Shown: positions 23,133 through 34,190 of the stretch, one piece after another
How the letters are laid out: the number at the start of each line of letters is the position of its first letter
Position numbering within the stretch: position 1 is the first letter of the stretch
From: an uncultured Gemmatimonadales bacterium
GTDB lineage: Bacteria; Gemmatimonadota; Gemmatimonadetes; Gemmatimonadales; GWC2-71-9
DNA length: 64,000 bases
Assembly: GCA_963842945.1 (NCBI GenBank)
Contig: CAWJIM010000003.1
Location: 1-64,000, forward strand
Direction of reading: 5' to 3'
Program-made: the position numbers and the translations under genes
Notes under the pieces: generated by a model
Told to the model about the DNA's origin: nothing
Database searches by the model: none
The model's input: the letters and a program-made list of their open reading frames with translations, nothing else

Positions 23133-24324
23133 GCCGCCTCGGCTCGAAGAACTGCGGCGATGGCTGCCCGCGATGCGAGCCAAGCCGGATACAACGCAGC
23201 CAGAGATCCGGTCAGGAGCAGAACCAGCGCCGCTCTGGTAAGGCTCTCGCGCCGGGGCACGAAGAAGGAGAACGCGGCGGGGAGGCCGGGAAAGCTGGTC
23301 AGGATGCTGTCCAGATAGCGGGCCGTTACCAATCCAAGAACGATCCCCAGAGCCGACCCGATGACGGTGAGAGACACACCCTGCAGCAGAACCTCACGGA
23401 CTACCGTTGCGCGACTAATGCCAATAGCTCGCAGGGTTGCGATCTCCCCGAGTCGCTCATTGACCGTGATGGTAAGCAGTGTGGCGATGAGCAGCACGGT
23501 CACGATGAGACTCATGGTGCCGAGGATATAGGAGAGCTGCCGAAAGTAGACCAGCCGCTGCTTGAACTCGCGCACCAGATCGGCCACGCTGCTTACTTCG
23601 AGCTGAGGGAATCGCTCGCGCAGATGCTTTCGCCACGCCCGGAGCGGCAGTGTCCTCATGGCCCTGACCATCAGAAGCGAGGCTTGGTCCCCGGCTCTCT
23701 TGCCGGCCAGCGACTGCATCACCGGGAGCACCGTGCCGACCGACGGCTGGTCCCGGTAGTCGTACACCCAGCGCACCAGACCCCGAACCACCAGCGTCCT
23801 GCCCACTGCGGCGGTGACGACCTGCGGATCCAGCCGGCCCACCAGAGTGACACTGTCTCCGACCTCGCCTGAAGGATCGCGCCGCGGGCAGGCTGAGCAA
23901 CACGCCGATGCTGTCGCGTCGGGCTCAGGTCTCGTCCCGAGACGAATCGTGTAGAGGGCCTGCGCCTCGGGCTGGATCCCGTAGCCAAACAGAGTTATCA
24001 GGCTGTCTCTCCGCCGGCCGTAGAGACGAGGCTGCCCAAGACGGCTCCCGCCGCGGCAATGCCCGGCATATGCCGAATGGTTGTGACCAGCTGGGTGGCG
24101 CCGGACAGCGTGGCATCGGTATCAAACGGCAGCGTTCCTTTGGGGGTCAGCCGGATCTGATATCCTTTGGCCAGAAGCAGCTCGGCAAATGACTTCTCGA
24201 TTCCACCACTCAGCATCACCATATCCAGCAGCATGGCTGCCGAGACCGCGATGCCCGCGATCGAGAGGCCGGTCCGCAGCCGATGTCGACCCAGGCTCTT
24301 GAGACTCCAGCCCAGCCCTCTCAT
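23129..24324 (-). CDS. FtsX/MacB family ABC permease (frameshifted)
   Basis: RHRLRTGLSIAGIAV; ERLGEIATLRAIG; LYPAWLASR. Confidence 0.85.
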
Positions 24325-25160
24325 CCGCGGCCCCACAGCACCAGAGGGCGAGTTTGGACCAGTCTCCAGGCCGCCAGGGCACCGGCCACGGCTCCCAGCA
24401 GCAGCGACAGCACGATGCTGAACCAGACGATGTCGGGCGTGATAATGGAGAAGGTCAGGACGGTGTCGAAGAAGCGGCGATAGTAGGCGTTGGTGGCCGC
24501 ACCAGCCAGGTAGGCCAGTCCGGTTCCGAGCAGGCAGCCCAGCGCCGCCACCAGAATGGCTTCCAGCAGAAGGGCGCCGAATATGGTACGGCGCCGCACG
24601 CCCACAAATCGCATGACAGCGGCATCCAGCCGACGCTCCTCCACCTTGAGGAGCATGATGCAGAGGACGAAGACCGCGCTGGCCACGATGGTGATCACCG
24701 CAATCGCCCGGTGAAAGCGGCTTACCACACGGAAGGTCTGGGAGGATTCCGCGGCGATGCTCGCCGACGGGTAGGCCCGGAACCCGTAGGCGCTCCGGTT
24801 CAGAACGGCGCCGGCTGAATCTGCAGAAATGCCGGTCCTGAGACCGATACTTAGACGATCCACCCGGTCCGGGGACCCCAGGAGGGCCGCCAGGTCGGGA
24901 AGGTGCATCCGAAGATGGCGCTCGCGTTTAGCGATCTCAGCCGGATCCGCCCTGGGCTCGTAGATGGCGGAGATCGTCATCAGGGTGCCGGCCGTATCCG
25001 GCCGGGGGCCCAGCCGGACGGTGTCACCTACGGAGAGCCCCAGCTCATTGGCCAGTTGGCGCTCGACTGCCACCCCGGGGAACTTGTGCCGCGGCTGAGC
25101 AGTGCCACGATCGGAAGCACGAGCAGCTGCGACGGCCAAGTGCCGGGCCAGAGTAATCAT
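24321..25160 (-). CDS. FtsX family ABC permease
   Basis: LGLSVGDTV, EERRLDAAVMRFVG, LLEA, C-terminal TMs. Confidence 0.8.
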   Translation of the reverse strand: MITLARHLAVAAARASDRGTAQPRHKFPGVAVERQLANELGLSVGDTVRLGPRPDTAGTLMTISAIYEPRADPAEIAKRERHLRMHLPDLAALLGSPDRVDRLSIGLRTGISADSAGAVLNRSAYGFRAYPSASIAAESSQTFRVVSRFHRAIAVITIVASAVFVLCIMLLKVEERRLDAAVMRFVGVRRRTIFGALLLEAILVAALGCLLGTGLAYLAGAATNAYYRRFFDTVLTFSIITPDIVWFSIVLSLLLGAVAGALAAWRLVQTRPLVLWGRG

Positions 25161-25218
25161 GAAGGAAACTAGTGCCGCACGGTTCCTTTCTGGGAACGCC
25201 TGGAGCGAGAGGAAGTCA

Positions 25219-26163
25219 ATGACAGTTCAGAGCCAACCGAGGGTTGCGGTGGTGGGTATGAGCGAGCCCGGTCAGGGGCTGGGCGTCGCTGGTGGCGGGA
25301 GCCGGCTGGCCACTGACGATCTACGACCCGGATGCCGCATTGCTTCACGATGGCGAAGATGATATCGCGACCCGGAAGCGGCACTCTCAGGGGGTCGGCC
25401 TTCCCGCCATGCGGAAGCCCGGGAACGACTCGGCCCCGGGCGAGGTCCGGCTGGGACGTAGCCTCCTGGATGCCGTGAGTAACGCCGACTGGATCATTGA
25501 CGCCACCCGGGGAGACTTGCTCCATCGGCAGCGGCTCCTGGAACAGATCGAACGCGCGGCAGGCCTGGCAGCCATCGTGACCTGCGGCGCTCCTGGCTTT
25601 TCTCCGACGGATCTGTGTGCCCGCCTTCGCCGACCCACCCGGCTCGTCGTGGCGCATGCCCTCGATCCCGTGGAACACGTGCTGGCGGTGGAAGTGGTAC
25701 CGGGCACGCTGACCGATCCAGCCGTGCTGGACGAGCTACAGAAACTGGCTCCGCCAACTGGGACGGGTACCGGTCGTCCTGCGGAAGGAAGTGCCGGGAA
25801 ACGCCACTGGACGAATTGCCGTCGCAGTATGGAGGGAGTGCATTCGGCTGGTGCTGGACGGCGTGCTGGAGGTGCGGGACGTGGATGTTCTGGTCTCCTC
25901 AGGCCTGGCGGCCCGCTGGGCGGCGGCCGGACCGTTTCAGACGGCCTATCTGGAGGCGGGCGAACGACAGACGGCGCAGCTCAGCGCCTTGTTGCGGGCT
26001 TTGGAGACCCGCTGGGGAAGGTGATACCGGCTTCTCTCTGCCGCCGGCCGAGCACCAGCACTTGATTCGATTGATCGAGCGGGCCTACGATGGCGAGGGG
26101 GACGTTCTCAAGGGTGCGCGGGACGAGCGGCTGGCCGAGTTGAGGAGAATCGTAGGTTACTGA
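25219..26163 (+). CDS. 3-hydroxyacyl-CoA dehydrogenase-like protein (divergent, frameshifted)
   Basis: RVAVVG..., PTRLVVAHALDP....VEVVPG, KEVPG, G.RWAAAGPF over three frames. Confidence 0.7.
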
Positions 26164-26969
26164 CTGCCGAAAAGGATGCTCGAAGCTCAGATACAGGAAC
26201 AGGCCCTCCGCATCACCGCCTTCAGGCCCCAACCCAATGCTGTATGCGGCTCCCGGCACTACCTGCAGATGCACCGAAATCGAAGGCGGCACGCATGCCG
26301 GGATTCAGGACCCAGGTTGATGCCTCGATCCACCTGCCCCTCACTCACGACCTCCCCCACTTCGTACCAGACTGATCTCCAGCAGAAGATTGAAGCGGGG
26401 ACGAGCCAGCCAGATAACACTGCCGCCCAAGGTTGAAACCATGACGTCGTCGCCTGGTCGCCCGCGGCATTGCGGGCTGACGGCGTCAGGGTGGCTCCCG
26501 CGTTCCAGTGAGTGACCACAGCTCCGCTCAGCACCAGCGTCAACGGAACATTGACCTGAACCCCCACTCCTCCCCTTCCTCGGCCGGCAGCTTCACTTCC
26601 TGTAGGTAACAACAGACTGAGCCGGGGAGCGGCGACGAATTTTGCCTGAGGATCGCCCGCCAGCTGATACCGATAGTTGATGGCCAGGTCGCCCATGCCG
26701 GTGCCGCGCCCTTCGGTGTTCAGGAAAGGAATGGTGTAGCTGAGCTGGTGCTGGATGCCGCCGAGCGGCCATTCCTGGGTGAAGGAGAAGGCCCAGTCTC
26801 CGCCGGTGCGGGCGTAGTTACTGATGTGCTGAACGACCCCGGCTTCCTGGTTGTAGGCCTCTTCCACCAGAAAGGAGTTGTCCTGGATTTGAGCGGTGAG
26901 CGGTGAGCCGTAAGCGGTGAGCAGGACTACCCAAAGGGAGAGGAGTACTCGACGGCTCCGGTAGCTCAT
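26157..26969 (-). CDS. Putative outer-membrane beta-barrel transporter (frameshifted)
   Basis: Signal peptide, IQDNSFLVEEAYNQE.GVVQH, G.GD..INYRYQL, LPTG, C-terminal LYLSFEHPF. Confidence 0.65.
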
Positions 26970-26999
26970 GAGTTCCCCGCTTACCGCTTACCGATGTAT

Positions 27000-28358
27000 C
27001 TACCCGAGCCACTCCCGGAAGGTCCCGAAGAGCAGCCATCCATTCAGCCCCATGATCACGCAGGCAACCAGCCACGCCAGAGCGGCCGTGCCAGTGCTGT
27101 TCACAAACTCGCCCATTTTCGACCGCTGACTGGTGAAATACACCAGGGGTACCACGGCAAAGGAGAGCTGGAGGCTCAGGACGACCTGGCTCAGGATCAG
27201 GAGCCCGCCGGCCCCGTGCTCACCGTAAGCTGCCGTAACGATCACGGCAGGAATGATGGCAATCAGCCGGGTGATCAGCCGCCGGAGCCAGGCCGGTAAC
27301 CGAATGTTGAGGAAGCCCTCCATCACAATCTGACCAGCCAGCGTCCCGGTGATGGTCGAGTTCTGACCCGACGCCAGCAGGGCGACGGCAAAGAGGGTGC
27401 TGGCCATTGTGGTTCCCAGCAGCGGCGCCAGCAGGCGGTAGGCATCGCCTATATCCGCCACCTCCTGGTGGCCGGTGTTGTGGAACGTGGCCGCGGCCAG
27501 GATCAGAATGGCCGCGTTGATGAAGAACGCGAACAGCAGAGCCACGGTTGAGTCCAGGGTGGCGAAACGAATGGCCTCCCATTTCGATGCTGCGTCGGGC
27601 AGCACCTTCCGGGTCTGCACGATGGATGAGTGCAGGTACAGGTTGTGGGGCATGACCGTGGCGCCCAGAATGCCGATAGCGATGTACAGCATCATCGGAT
27701 TGGTCACGATCTGGGAGGTTGGTATCAGGCCCCGGGCGACGTGCGAAAGGTCAGGCTGGGCCATGATCAGCTCAGCGGCAAAACAGGCACCGATGGTGGC
27801 CACCAACGTGATCACCAGCGCCTCGAGGTAGCGGAATCCCTTGTGCTGCAGCAAGAGGATGAGCAGCACGTCGAACGCGGTGAGACACACACCCCACACC
27901 AGCGGAATTCCGAACAACAGGTTCAAGGCAATGGCCGACCCGATCACCTCCGCCAGATCACATGCGGCGATGGCGATCTCGCACAGAATCCAGAGCACGA
28001 AACTGACCGGGCGCGAGTAGTGGTCCCGGCAGGCCTGCGCCAGATCTCGGCCGGTTGCAATACCAAGCTTCAGGGCCAGAGCCTGGAGGAGAATCGCCAT
28101 CAGGTTCGAGAGCAGGACTACGCTCAGCAGGGTATAGCCGAACCGCGCTCCACCGGCCAGATCGGTTGCCCAGTTTCCCGGGTCCATGTAGCCCACGGCC
28201 ACCATGTAGCCCGGCCCGGCAAAGGCGAGCGCCTTGCGCCAGAAGGACACGCCCTTGGGCACGTGGACGGTGTGATACGACTCCGGCAGGCTCGGTAGCG
28301 TGCGAGGATAGCGCCAGGCCCCGAGTTCGCGGACGGGCTCGGACGAAGCAGCGCTCAT
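27000..28358 (-). CDS. mntH: Nramp divalent metal (Mn2+) transporter
   Basis: [32 protein letters not shown]. Confidence 0.95.
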   Translation of the reverse strand: MSAASSEPVRELGAWRYPRTLPSLPESYHTVHVPKGVSFWRKALAFAGPGYMVAVGYMDPGNWATDLAGGARFGYTLLSVVLLSNLMAILLQALALKLGIATGRDLAQACRDHYSRPVSFVLWILCEIAIAACDLAEVIGSAIALNLLFGIPLVWGVCLTAFDVLLILLLQHKGFRYLEALVITLVATIGACFAAELIMAQPDLSHVARGLIPTSQIVTNPMMLYIAIGILGATVMPHNLYLHSSIVQTRKVLPDAASKWEAIRFATLDSTVALLFAFFINAAILILAAATFHNTGHQEVADIGDAYRLLAPLLGTTMASTLFAVALLASGQNSTITGTLAGQIVMEGFLNIRLPAWLRRLITRLIAIIPAVIVTAAYGEHGAGGLLILSQVVLSLQLSFAVVPLVYFTSQRSKMGEFVNSTGTAALAWLVACVIMGLNGWLLFGTFREWLG

Positions 28359-29041
28359 ACGGCCCTCGTGCAGGCGCACTGCAGAACGTGACTGAGCTCG
28401 CGACCGATCACGTGCTTTTGATCGCCTACCTGGATGGTGACTAGATCGTCGAACGGCTGCCGGTCCAAAACCGTAATCCAAACGCCGGGCTTGATCCCCA
28501 ACGAAGCGATGTAGCGCAGCCGCTCGGGCTGGTTCTCATGAACCCGGTGGATCTCGACGGTGTCACCAACCGGAATCTCGGATAGTGGTGTGCAGGAAAG
28601 CTCATGGACGAAGCCGTCTGCGGATGGGATGGGGTCCCCGTGGGGATCCACCTCCGGGTTGCCCAACGCATTTGCCATCCGTTCGACCAGGGTGTCGGAG
28701 ACCGCGTGCTCCAAACGCTCGGCTTCAGCGTGAACCGTGTCCCAGGAATAGCCCAGGAACTCAACCAGATAGGCTTCAATGAGACGGTGCCGGCGAACCA
28801 TCCGGAGCGCTGCCCGGCGACCCTCATCGGTCAGCTGGACCCCCCGATAGGGGATGTGCTCCGCCAGCCCGTGCTCGGACAGCCGCTTGACCATTCCGGT
28901 AACTGACGGCGGGGAAAGCGCGAGCAGGTGGGCGATCTCGCTGGTGGAAGCGGGACGACCCTCCGGGGATAGCTGGTAAATGGCCTTCAGGTAGTCTTCG
29001 ACTGACCGGGTCAGGCCGTCGTTCACGGTTGCGGCACTCAC
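28355..29041 (-). CDS. mntR: DtxR/MntR family metal-dependent regulator with FeoA-like domain
   Basis: [32 protein letters not shown]. Confidence 0.9.
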   Translation of the reverse strand: MSAATVNDGLTRSVEDYLKAIYQLSPEGRPASTSEIAHLLALSPPSVTGMVKRLSEHGLAEHIPYRGVQLTDEGRRAALRMVRRHRLIEAYLVEFLGYSWDTVHAEAERLEHAVSDTLVERMANALGNPEVDPHGDPIPSADGFVHELSCTPLSEIPVGDTVEIHRVHENQPERLRYIASLGIKPGVWITVLDRQPFDDLVTIQVGDQKHVIGRELSHVLQCACTRAV

Positions 29042-29053
29042 ACAGGGCTCCGT

Positions 29054-29067
29054 TTAGGCTTGCCTAA
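29054..29067. promoter_or_regulatory. Putative DtxR/MntR operator
   Basis: Perfect inverted repeat TTAGGC-TT-GCCTAA 13 nt upstream of the mntR start; extra GCCTAA half-site near 29084. Confidence 0.7.
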
Positions 29068-29115
29068 TACAAGTGTGTGAGACGCCTAATGTCAAGTTTC
29101 ACCGGGTTTAAGTAC

Positions 29116-29685
29116 CTACGCCAGTTCAGCCAGGAAGCTGGTGAGAATCCGTTCCGTCATTCCCCAGATGATGGCGTTCTCGAGCTGGTAGGCCTGGACC
29201 TGCCTGCTCTGCCCTGCAACATCCAGCTGGACCGGATGATGGGTGTCGGGGCGAAGCAGGTAGTCGACCGGCACCCAGCTCGCCTGAGCCACCTCAGCGT
29301 TGAGCCGCATGGCCGGACGCTGGGGCAGCAGGAAAACGAAAGGCCGTACAGCTATGGGCGGGAGTACTGGGGTCCGGGGGATGACGTCGGCCAGACTGCC
29401 CGCGAGATCCTCTCGCCGGAGCTCGACCCCTACCTCTTCGGCGGTTTCCCGCATAGCGGTGCCGGCAAGGTCGGCGTCGCCTGGCTCTCGTCGGCCGCCA
29501 GGCAAGGCCATGTGACCGGACCAGGGATCTCCCGAACGGTCGGCCCTGCGGATGAGCAGGATGGAATCGGGCTGAGGGCTAAGAATGATGGCGACGGCTG
29601 CCCAGAGCAGGGTGGGATCGTCATCAGCAGAACCCTCTCCCGCGGGGCTAGACGCTCCCGCAGGCGAGCTGCCCGCAAGCGTCAC
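29116..29685 (-). CDS. Nudix CoA pyrophosphatase
   Basis: LLIRRA...WSGHMALPGG, RETAEEVG, IWGMT. Confidence 0.85.
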   Translation of the reverse strand: MTLAGSSPAGASSPAGEGSADDDPTLLWAAVAIILSPQPDSILLIRRADRSGDPWSGHMALPGGRREPGDADLAGTAMRETAEEVGVELRREDLAGSLADVIPRTPVLPPIAVRPFVFLLPQRPAMRLNAEVAQASWVPVDYLLRPDTHHPVQLDVAGQSRQVQAYQLENAIIWGMTERILTSFLAELA

Positions 29686-29699
29686 TGAGTGGGGCGAGG

Positions 29700-30554
29700 T
29701 CAATTGGAGAGTCCGGTTAGCCGCTCGCTGACCTCCCATAGCCGTCGCGCGGCTGCCTCATCGTAGGACTCACGCGACGAGGTCACCGGCCTCTTGTTGA
29801 CGAAGTACTTCCCGGTAACACCATCTACTTCGGGCGATGAAGCCAGGTAGACGATCGTTTCCGCTCCTTTCTCCGGCTTGGCACCGAAGGTGCGAGCGGG
29901 CGCACTTCCGGCAGCCGTCACCCCCATGTAGTCAGCCAGGAGTCTGGTGGCGATGACGCCCGGATGCAGGCAGTTGGCGGTGACTCCGCTACCCCTCAGC
30001 CGCCGCGCCAGCTCATAGGTGAACAGGATGTTGGCCAGCTTGGACCGGCTATAGGCCTGATTACCGTCGTAGCCTCGCTCGCCCTGGAGGTCGGCAAAGT
30101 CCAGGTGCGATCCGCCATGGGCGCCGGACGAGACGTTGATGATCCGGGACGGGACAGCCTCCTTCAACCGGTCCAGCAGCAGGTTCGTGAGGAGAAAATA
30201 GGCCAGGTGGTTGACGGCAAACTGCTGCTCCAGGCCGTCAGCCGTCAGCTCTCGCCGGCGGGTAAACACTCCCGCGTTGTTGATCAGCACGTGGATTTGA
30301 GGGTGGCGGTCGCCGATCAGGGCGGCCGCTCTTCGGATCTCATTCTGGGAAGACAAGGTCTGCCGCCACCACCTGGGGCACTGGCAGCGGCGGGACGGCT
30401 GATCTCGCCTGGCGACCTTGTCCCCGTCGGCCTGTCGCCGGCAAACCAGTACCAGGCTGGCGCCCAGACTCGCGAGTGCTTCTGCGCTGGCCTTGCCAAT
30501 GCCCCGGCTGGCGCCGGTGATCACACAGACACGGTCGGTCATCTCGGCGGCCAT
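29700..30554 (-). CDS. SDR oxidoreductase (retinol dehydrogenase-like)
   Basis: TGASRGIG, NNAG, YSRSK, HPG. Confidence 0.9.
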   Translation of the reverse strand: MAAEMTDRVCVITGASRGIGKASAEALASLGASLVLVCRRQADGDKVARRDQPSRRCQCPRWWRQTLSSQNEIRRAAALIGDRHPQIHVLINNAGVFTRRRELTADGLEQQFAVNHLAYFLLTNLLLDRLKEAVPSRIINVSSGAHGGSHLDFADLQGERGYDGNQAYSRSKLANILFTYELARRLRGSGVTANCLHPGVIATRLLADYMGVTAAGSAPARTFGAKPEKGAETIVYLASSPEVDGVTGKYFVNKRPVTSSRESYDEAAARRLWEVSERLTGLSN

Positions 30555-30561
30555 GGGCGAA

Positions 30562-31398
30562 TTACTGGAGATTCGCCGCCAGCCAGTCGAGCGTGGCGTC
30601 AAATACGGTATCCAGCTCGGCCGTCGCTGAACGCCAGGGGTGGGTTGCGCCGAAGGTATGGCCGCCGCGCTCGATGGGCAGCAGCCGGGTCTTCTTGCGG
30701 TGGCTGGCCGCCTTGAGGGTTTCGGCTTCGGTGAAAAGCACGGATTCGTCTTCGGTTCCGTGGATGATGAGCCAGGGAACCCGGATCCGGGCCGCCGCTG
30801 CCTCGATATCCAGCGTATCGGCGTTTTGCTCGATGTCGTCCAGCACGTCGGTGTACAACGGCAGGATCTGACCGGTACGCGCATTCTGGATTTCGGTGTG
30901 GCCGCGGGCCCGCCAGGCGCTGCGTTGATCCTCCGGCCATCGCTCGACCCGGGAGATGGCCGCCCAGGTCACCAGGGCCCTGATTCGGGAATCTCGCGCT
31001 GTCTGCAGGACTGCGGTGCCACCGCCGCGCGAATGGCCAACCAGAGCGAGCGTACTCGGCACGGCAACGCCCAAATCGCCGCTCATCAGAGCATCGAGAA
31101 CGCCTTGAAGGTCCTGGAGCTCGGCGGAGAAGGTGTTGTGCCCGAAGCGATCCGGCAGCGAGAACTCACCGGCGTCGTCTACACCGCTCCCGCTGAGGTT
31201 GAAGGTGACCGCGGTGAATCCGGCCCGGGCCAGGCGCTCGGCCAGGTGGGGGAACATTCCCCAGTCCTTGAAGCCCTTGAACCCGTGCACAACCACCACG
31301 GCCGGTCGCGATGTGTTCCGGGCCGCCGATCGAACATCAATGAGGATCTGTCCCAGCGTTCCGGGGAGGGAATGCTTGCTAAGAGCAGGGGTGGCCAT
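30562..31398 (-). CDS. Alpha/beta hydrolase
   Basis: HGFKGFKDWG, GHSRGG, HGTEDESV, GHTF. Confidence 0.9.
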   Translation of the reverse strand: MATPALSKHSLPGTLGQILIDVRSAARNTSRPAVVVVHGFKGFKDWGMFPHLAERLARAGFTAVTFNLSGSGVDDAGEFSLPDRFGHNTFSAELQDLQGVLDALMSGDLGVAVPSTLALVGHSRGGGTAVLQTARDSRIRALVTWAAISRVERWPEDQRSAWRARGHTEIQNARTGQILPLYTDVLDDIEQNADTLDIEAAAARIRVPWLIIHGTEDESVLFTEAETLKAASHRKKTRLLPIERGGHTFGATHPWRSATAELDTVFDATLDWLAANLQ

Positions 31399-31422
31399 CG
31401 CTGAATGGTAGTCGGACAGAGG

Positions 31423-32382
31423 TCAGAGTACCGCCGCCTCCAGCAGCTCGACCTCTCCGGCATCGGCGTCCAGACGGGCGCGAACGCCGAGCGGCAGTGT
31501 CCACTGGGCTTCGATATGGCCGACCGGGAACCCGTAGGCCACCGGGATCCCCAGGGGACCGAAATAGGTCGCGAGCACCTCGTCGAAGCCGAGGGCCCCA
31601 TCCGAGGTGGCGCGATCCATCTGGGTAAACCGGCCGATGAGCACTCCGGCCAGATGCCGGAGAATCCCCAGGGTCCGGAAATGGGCCAGCATCCGATCGA
31701 CGCGGTAGAGATCTTCGCCCACGTCTTCCAGGAAGAGGAGAGCTCCTTCGAATTCGGGAAAGTACGGCGTGCCGACGAGACAGTGGAGCAAGGTGAGATT
31801 CCCCCCAATGAGCGGGCCTTCGGCTGTTCCGCCGGTCAGGGTGACGATCCGGTCCTGGGGAGCCAGAACTTCTTCGGGTGGATCAAGGCGATCCAGCCGG
31901 CCGGCCGGCTGGGGCAAGGTGAGCACCCGGGAAAAATGGCGCCGGCTGAAGCTGGGCATGGCCGCACGAGCCACCGGTCCATGGAAGGTGACGACACCAG
32001 TGCACCGGGTCACCGCATTGAGCAACGTGGTGATGTCGGAAAAACCGATGAGCGCCTTGGGGCGACGGGCTATCGCCGCGAAGTCCACCCGGTCGAGCAG
32101 CCGGAGGCTGCCATAGCCTCCCCGTATGCACCAAACTGCATCAATGGCGGGATCCTGGAACGCCGCGTTAAGATCGGAGAGGCGTTCATCGTCAGTGCCG
32201 GCCAGGTAGCCATAGTGCTTATCGGCATTTCGTCCCAGGACGGGTTCGTAATCCAGCGCACGGCAGAGTTCTTGAGCCCGTGTTAGATCGTCTCTCTCCA
32301 GCACCGGGCCAGCAGGAGCAACTAAGGCAATGCGGTTGCCGGGCACGAGTCGCGGGGGCTGGACCAGCGCTTTTGACCGCAT
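31423..32382 (-). CDS. ldcA: LD-carboxypeptidase (peptidase S66)
   Basis: RGGYG, GFSDIT, GGNL, LEDVGE, GH. Confidence 0.9.
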   Translation of the reverse strand: MRSKALVQPPRLVPGNRIALVAPAGPVLERDDLTRAQELCRALDYEPVLGRNADKHYGYLAGTDDERLSDLNAAFQDPAIDAVWCIRGGYGSLRLLDRVDFAAIARRPKALIGFSDITTLLNAVTRCTGVVTFHGPVARAAMPSFSRRHFSRVLTLPQPAGRLDRLDPPEEVLAPQDRIVTLTGGTAEGPLIGGNLTLLHCLVGTPYFPEFEGALLFLEDVGEDLYRVDRMLAHFRTLGILRHLAGVLIGRFTQMDRATSDGALGFDEVLATYFGPLGIPVAYGFPVGHIEAQWTLPLGVRARLDADAGEVELLEAAVL

Positions 32383-32430
32383 CGATGATCCCGAAGTAGA
32401 TTGACGAACCTCAACCACGGAGAACGCTCA

Positions 32431-32991
32431 GTGCGTGCTTCGCAGCCCGCATTGCTTGCTGCTGGTCGCGTGATCGCCGAGATGCGCGACTCGATGGTCT
32501 CTCAGTGGGCCGATTGGTTGGGAGACCGGATGACTGCAGCCCCCACGATACCGCGGTCTACGGTCGAGCGGGAGTTCCGGCTCCTCTTCGATGTCCTGAC
32601 CGAGATGGTTGGCCCGCTGCGGCGAGAGGTGAATACCGTCTGGTATCACGTGTGCGAGCACTACGGCCGGGTGGCGTCGGCCCGAGGACTGGCCGCTGGT
32701 GAGGTAGTGGAGGAACTGCAGTTCCTGCGGGAGCTGCTCATACGAGAGCTGGCGCCGATCCTGGTGGCCATGCGCGCTCGCCAAGGCATGGCGATCATGT
32801 TGCGGCTGAACCGGGTGATCGACAAAGGCGTCGCCGTTGCGGTGGTGGGGTACACCGATGCCCTGGTGGCCACCCTGTTCTCCCAGAACGGTGTGCCTCT
32901 CAGCAGCACCGAGCAGGACGTTGCCGAGGTAGACCGGCAACTCGACCTCATGGAGCAAGAGCTCCAAGCCGTTTCCCAGCAGATCAAATAG
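32431..32991 (+). CDS. Helical hypothetical protein (RsbRD-N-like)
   Basis: Intact ORF; HYGRVASARGLAAGEVVEELQFLRE pattern. Confidence 0.55.
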   Translation: MRASQPALLAAGRVIAEMRDSMVSQWADWLGDRMTAAPTIPRSTVEREFRLLFDVLTEMVGPLRREVNTVWYHVCEHYGRVASARGLAAGEVVEELQFLRELLIRELAPILVAMRARQGMAIMLRLNRVIDKGVAVAVVGYTDALVATLFSQNGVPLSSTEQDVAEVDRQLDLMEQELQAVSQQIK

Positions 32992-33003
32992 CGGCACTCA
33001 CCG

Positions 33004-34173
33004 GTGCCGCTGTCGCCTGTTTCGGAGCTGCTCCCGGCGGCTCCCTGGTTGCTGCCCTTCCTTACTCTTCCCCGGCTTGCTCGTCGTACTCCCAACCTGA
33101 GTGATGCACCTCGGAGCTCCGGGCCGCTGGTGTCGATCATCATCCCAGCTCGGAATGAGTCCAGGACCATCCCCACGGTCATACAATCCGTGCTGGAATC
33201 GACCTATCAGCCATTCGAGGTGTTGGTGGTGGACGATCGGTCGACGGACGACACAGCCAGCGTAGTCCGCGGATTTGCTTCGGACGCCCGACTCCGACTC
33301 CTCGGCGGCGAGGAGTTACCGCCAGGGTGGTACGGAAAGCCCTGGGCCTGCATGCAGGGATATCGCGCATCGCAAGGCGAACTGCTCCTGTTTACTGACG
33401 CCGATACCCGGCACTATCCCGAGCTCCTGGAGCGGGCCGTCGGCGCGCTGCTCACCCAGCGGGCTGACCTGGTGACCGTCTCCCCCCTGCAACGCTGCAT
33501 CAGCTTCTGGGAGCGGATAGTCATGCCCCAGATCTGGTATCTGCTGGCACTCCGATACACTCCGCGGAGTGTCAACCGGGCACGGCGCGCTCGCGATGTC
33601 ATTGCCAACGGACAGTTCATTCTGACCAGCCGCACGGCATACGAAACCGCCGGCACGCACGCCGCTGTTCGCCACGAGGTGGCTGAAGACCTGGCTCTGG
33701 CCCAGACGTATGTGGGCAAGGGCCTCAAGCTCCACTTTGCCTTCGCCGACCGGTTGATGGAGACCAGGATGTATGAAGGACTTTCTTCATTGATCGAGGG
33801 ATGGTCCAAGAACGTCTACCTGGGCGGACGCCGCTCATTCCCTAACGAGCCATTCCAGAGAGCCCTGGTTCCAGTGATGCTGATCAGCGCAATGGTGTTC
33901 TGGCTGGTTCCACCCACGCTGTTGGTGTGGAGTGCCGCTGAAGGCTCATCGCTGATTTCGGCCGCAGCCCTGGCTGTGGGATTGTCCTCGGTATTCTGGA
34001 TGCTGATCTGCTATGGGATGCAGATCCCCCCACTCCACGGCCTGGGCTACCCTCTTGGCACGCTCATGGCACTCTACATCGTTCTTCGGTCGACCTGGCG
34101 GGGGAGTCGGAGAGTCGAGTGGAGAGGACGGGTATACAGCCAAAGCAAGAGGGACAACGTGGGAGAGCAGTAA
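33004..34173 (+). CDS. Membrane GT2 glycosyltransferase (CrtQ/HpnB-like)
   Basis: IIPARNE, DDRSTD, GWYGKPWAC, FTDAD, ANGQ, EDLALA. Confidence 0.85.
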   Translation: MPLSPVSELLPAAPWLLPFLTLPRLARRTPNLSDAPRSSGPLVSIIIPARNESRTIPTVIQSVLESTYQPFEVLVVDDRSTDDTASVVRGFASDARLRLLGGEELPPGWYGKPWACMQGYRASQGELLLFTDADTRHYPELLERAVGALLTQRADLVTVSPLQRCISFWERIVMPQIWYLLALRYTPRSVNRARRARDVIANGQFILTSRTAYETAGTHAAVRHEVAEDLALAQTYVGKGLKLHFAFADRLMETRMYEGLSSLIEGWSKNVYLGGRRSFPNEPFQRALVPVMLISAMVFWLVPPTLLVWSAAEGSSLISAAALAVGLSSVFWMLICYGMQIPPLHGLGYPLGTLMALYIVLRSTWRGSRRVEWRGRVYSQSKRDNVGEQ

Positions 34174-34190
34174 ACACCGGACGGGCCGGC

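Noticed and set aside
29700..30884. Long N-terminal extension on the SDR
   Set aside because: It overlaps the hydrolase gene in another frame; the SDR starts near 30554
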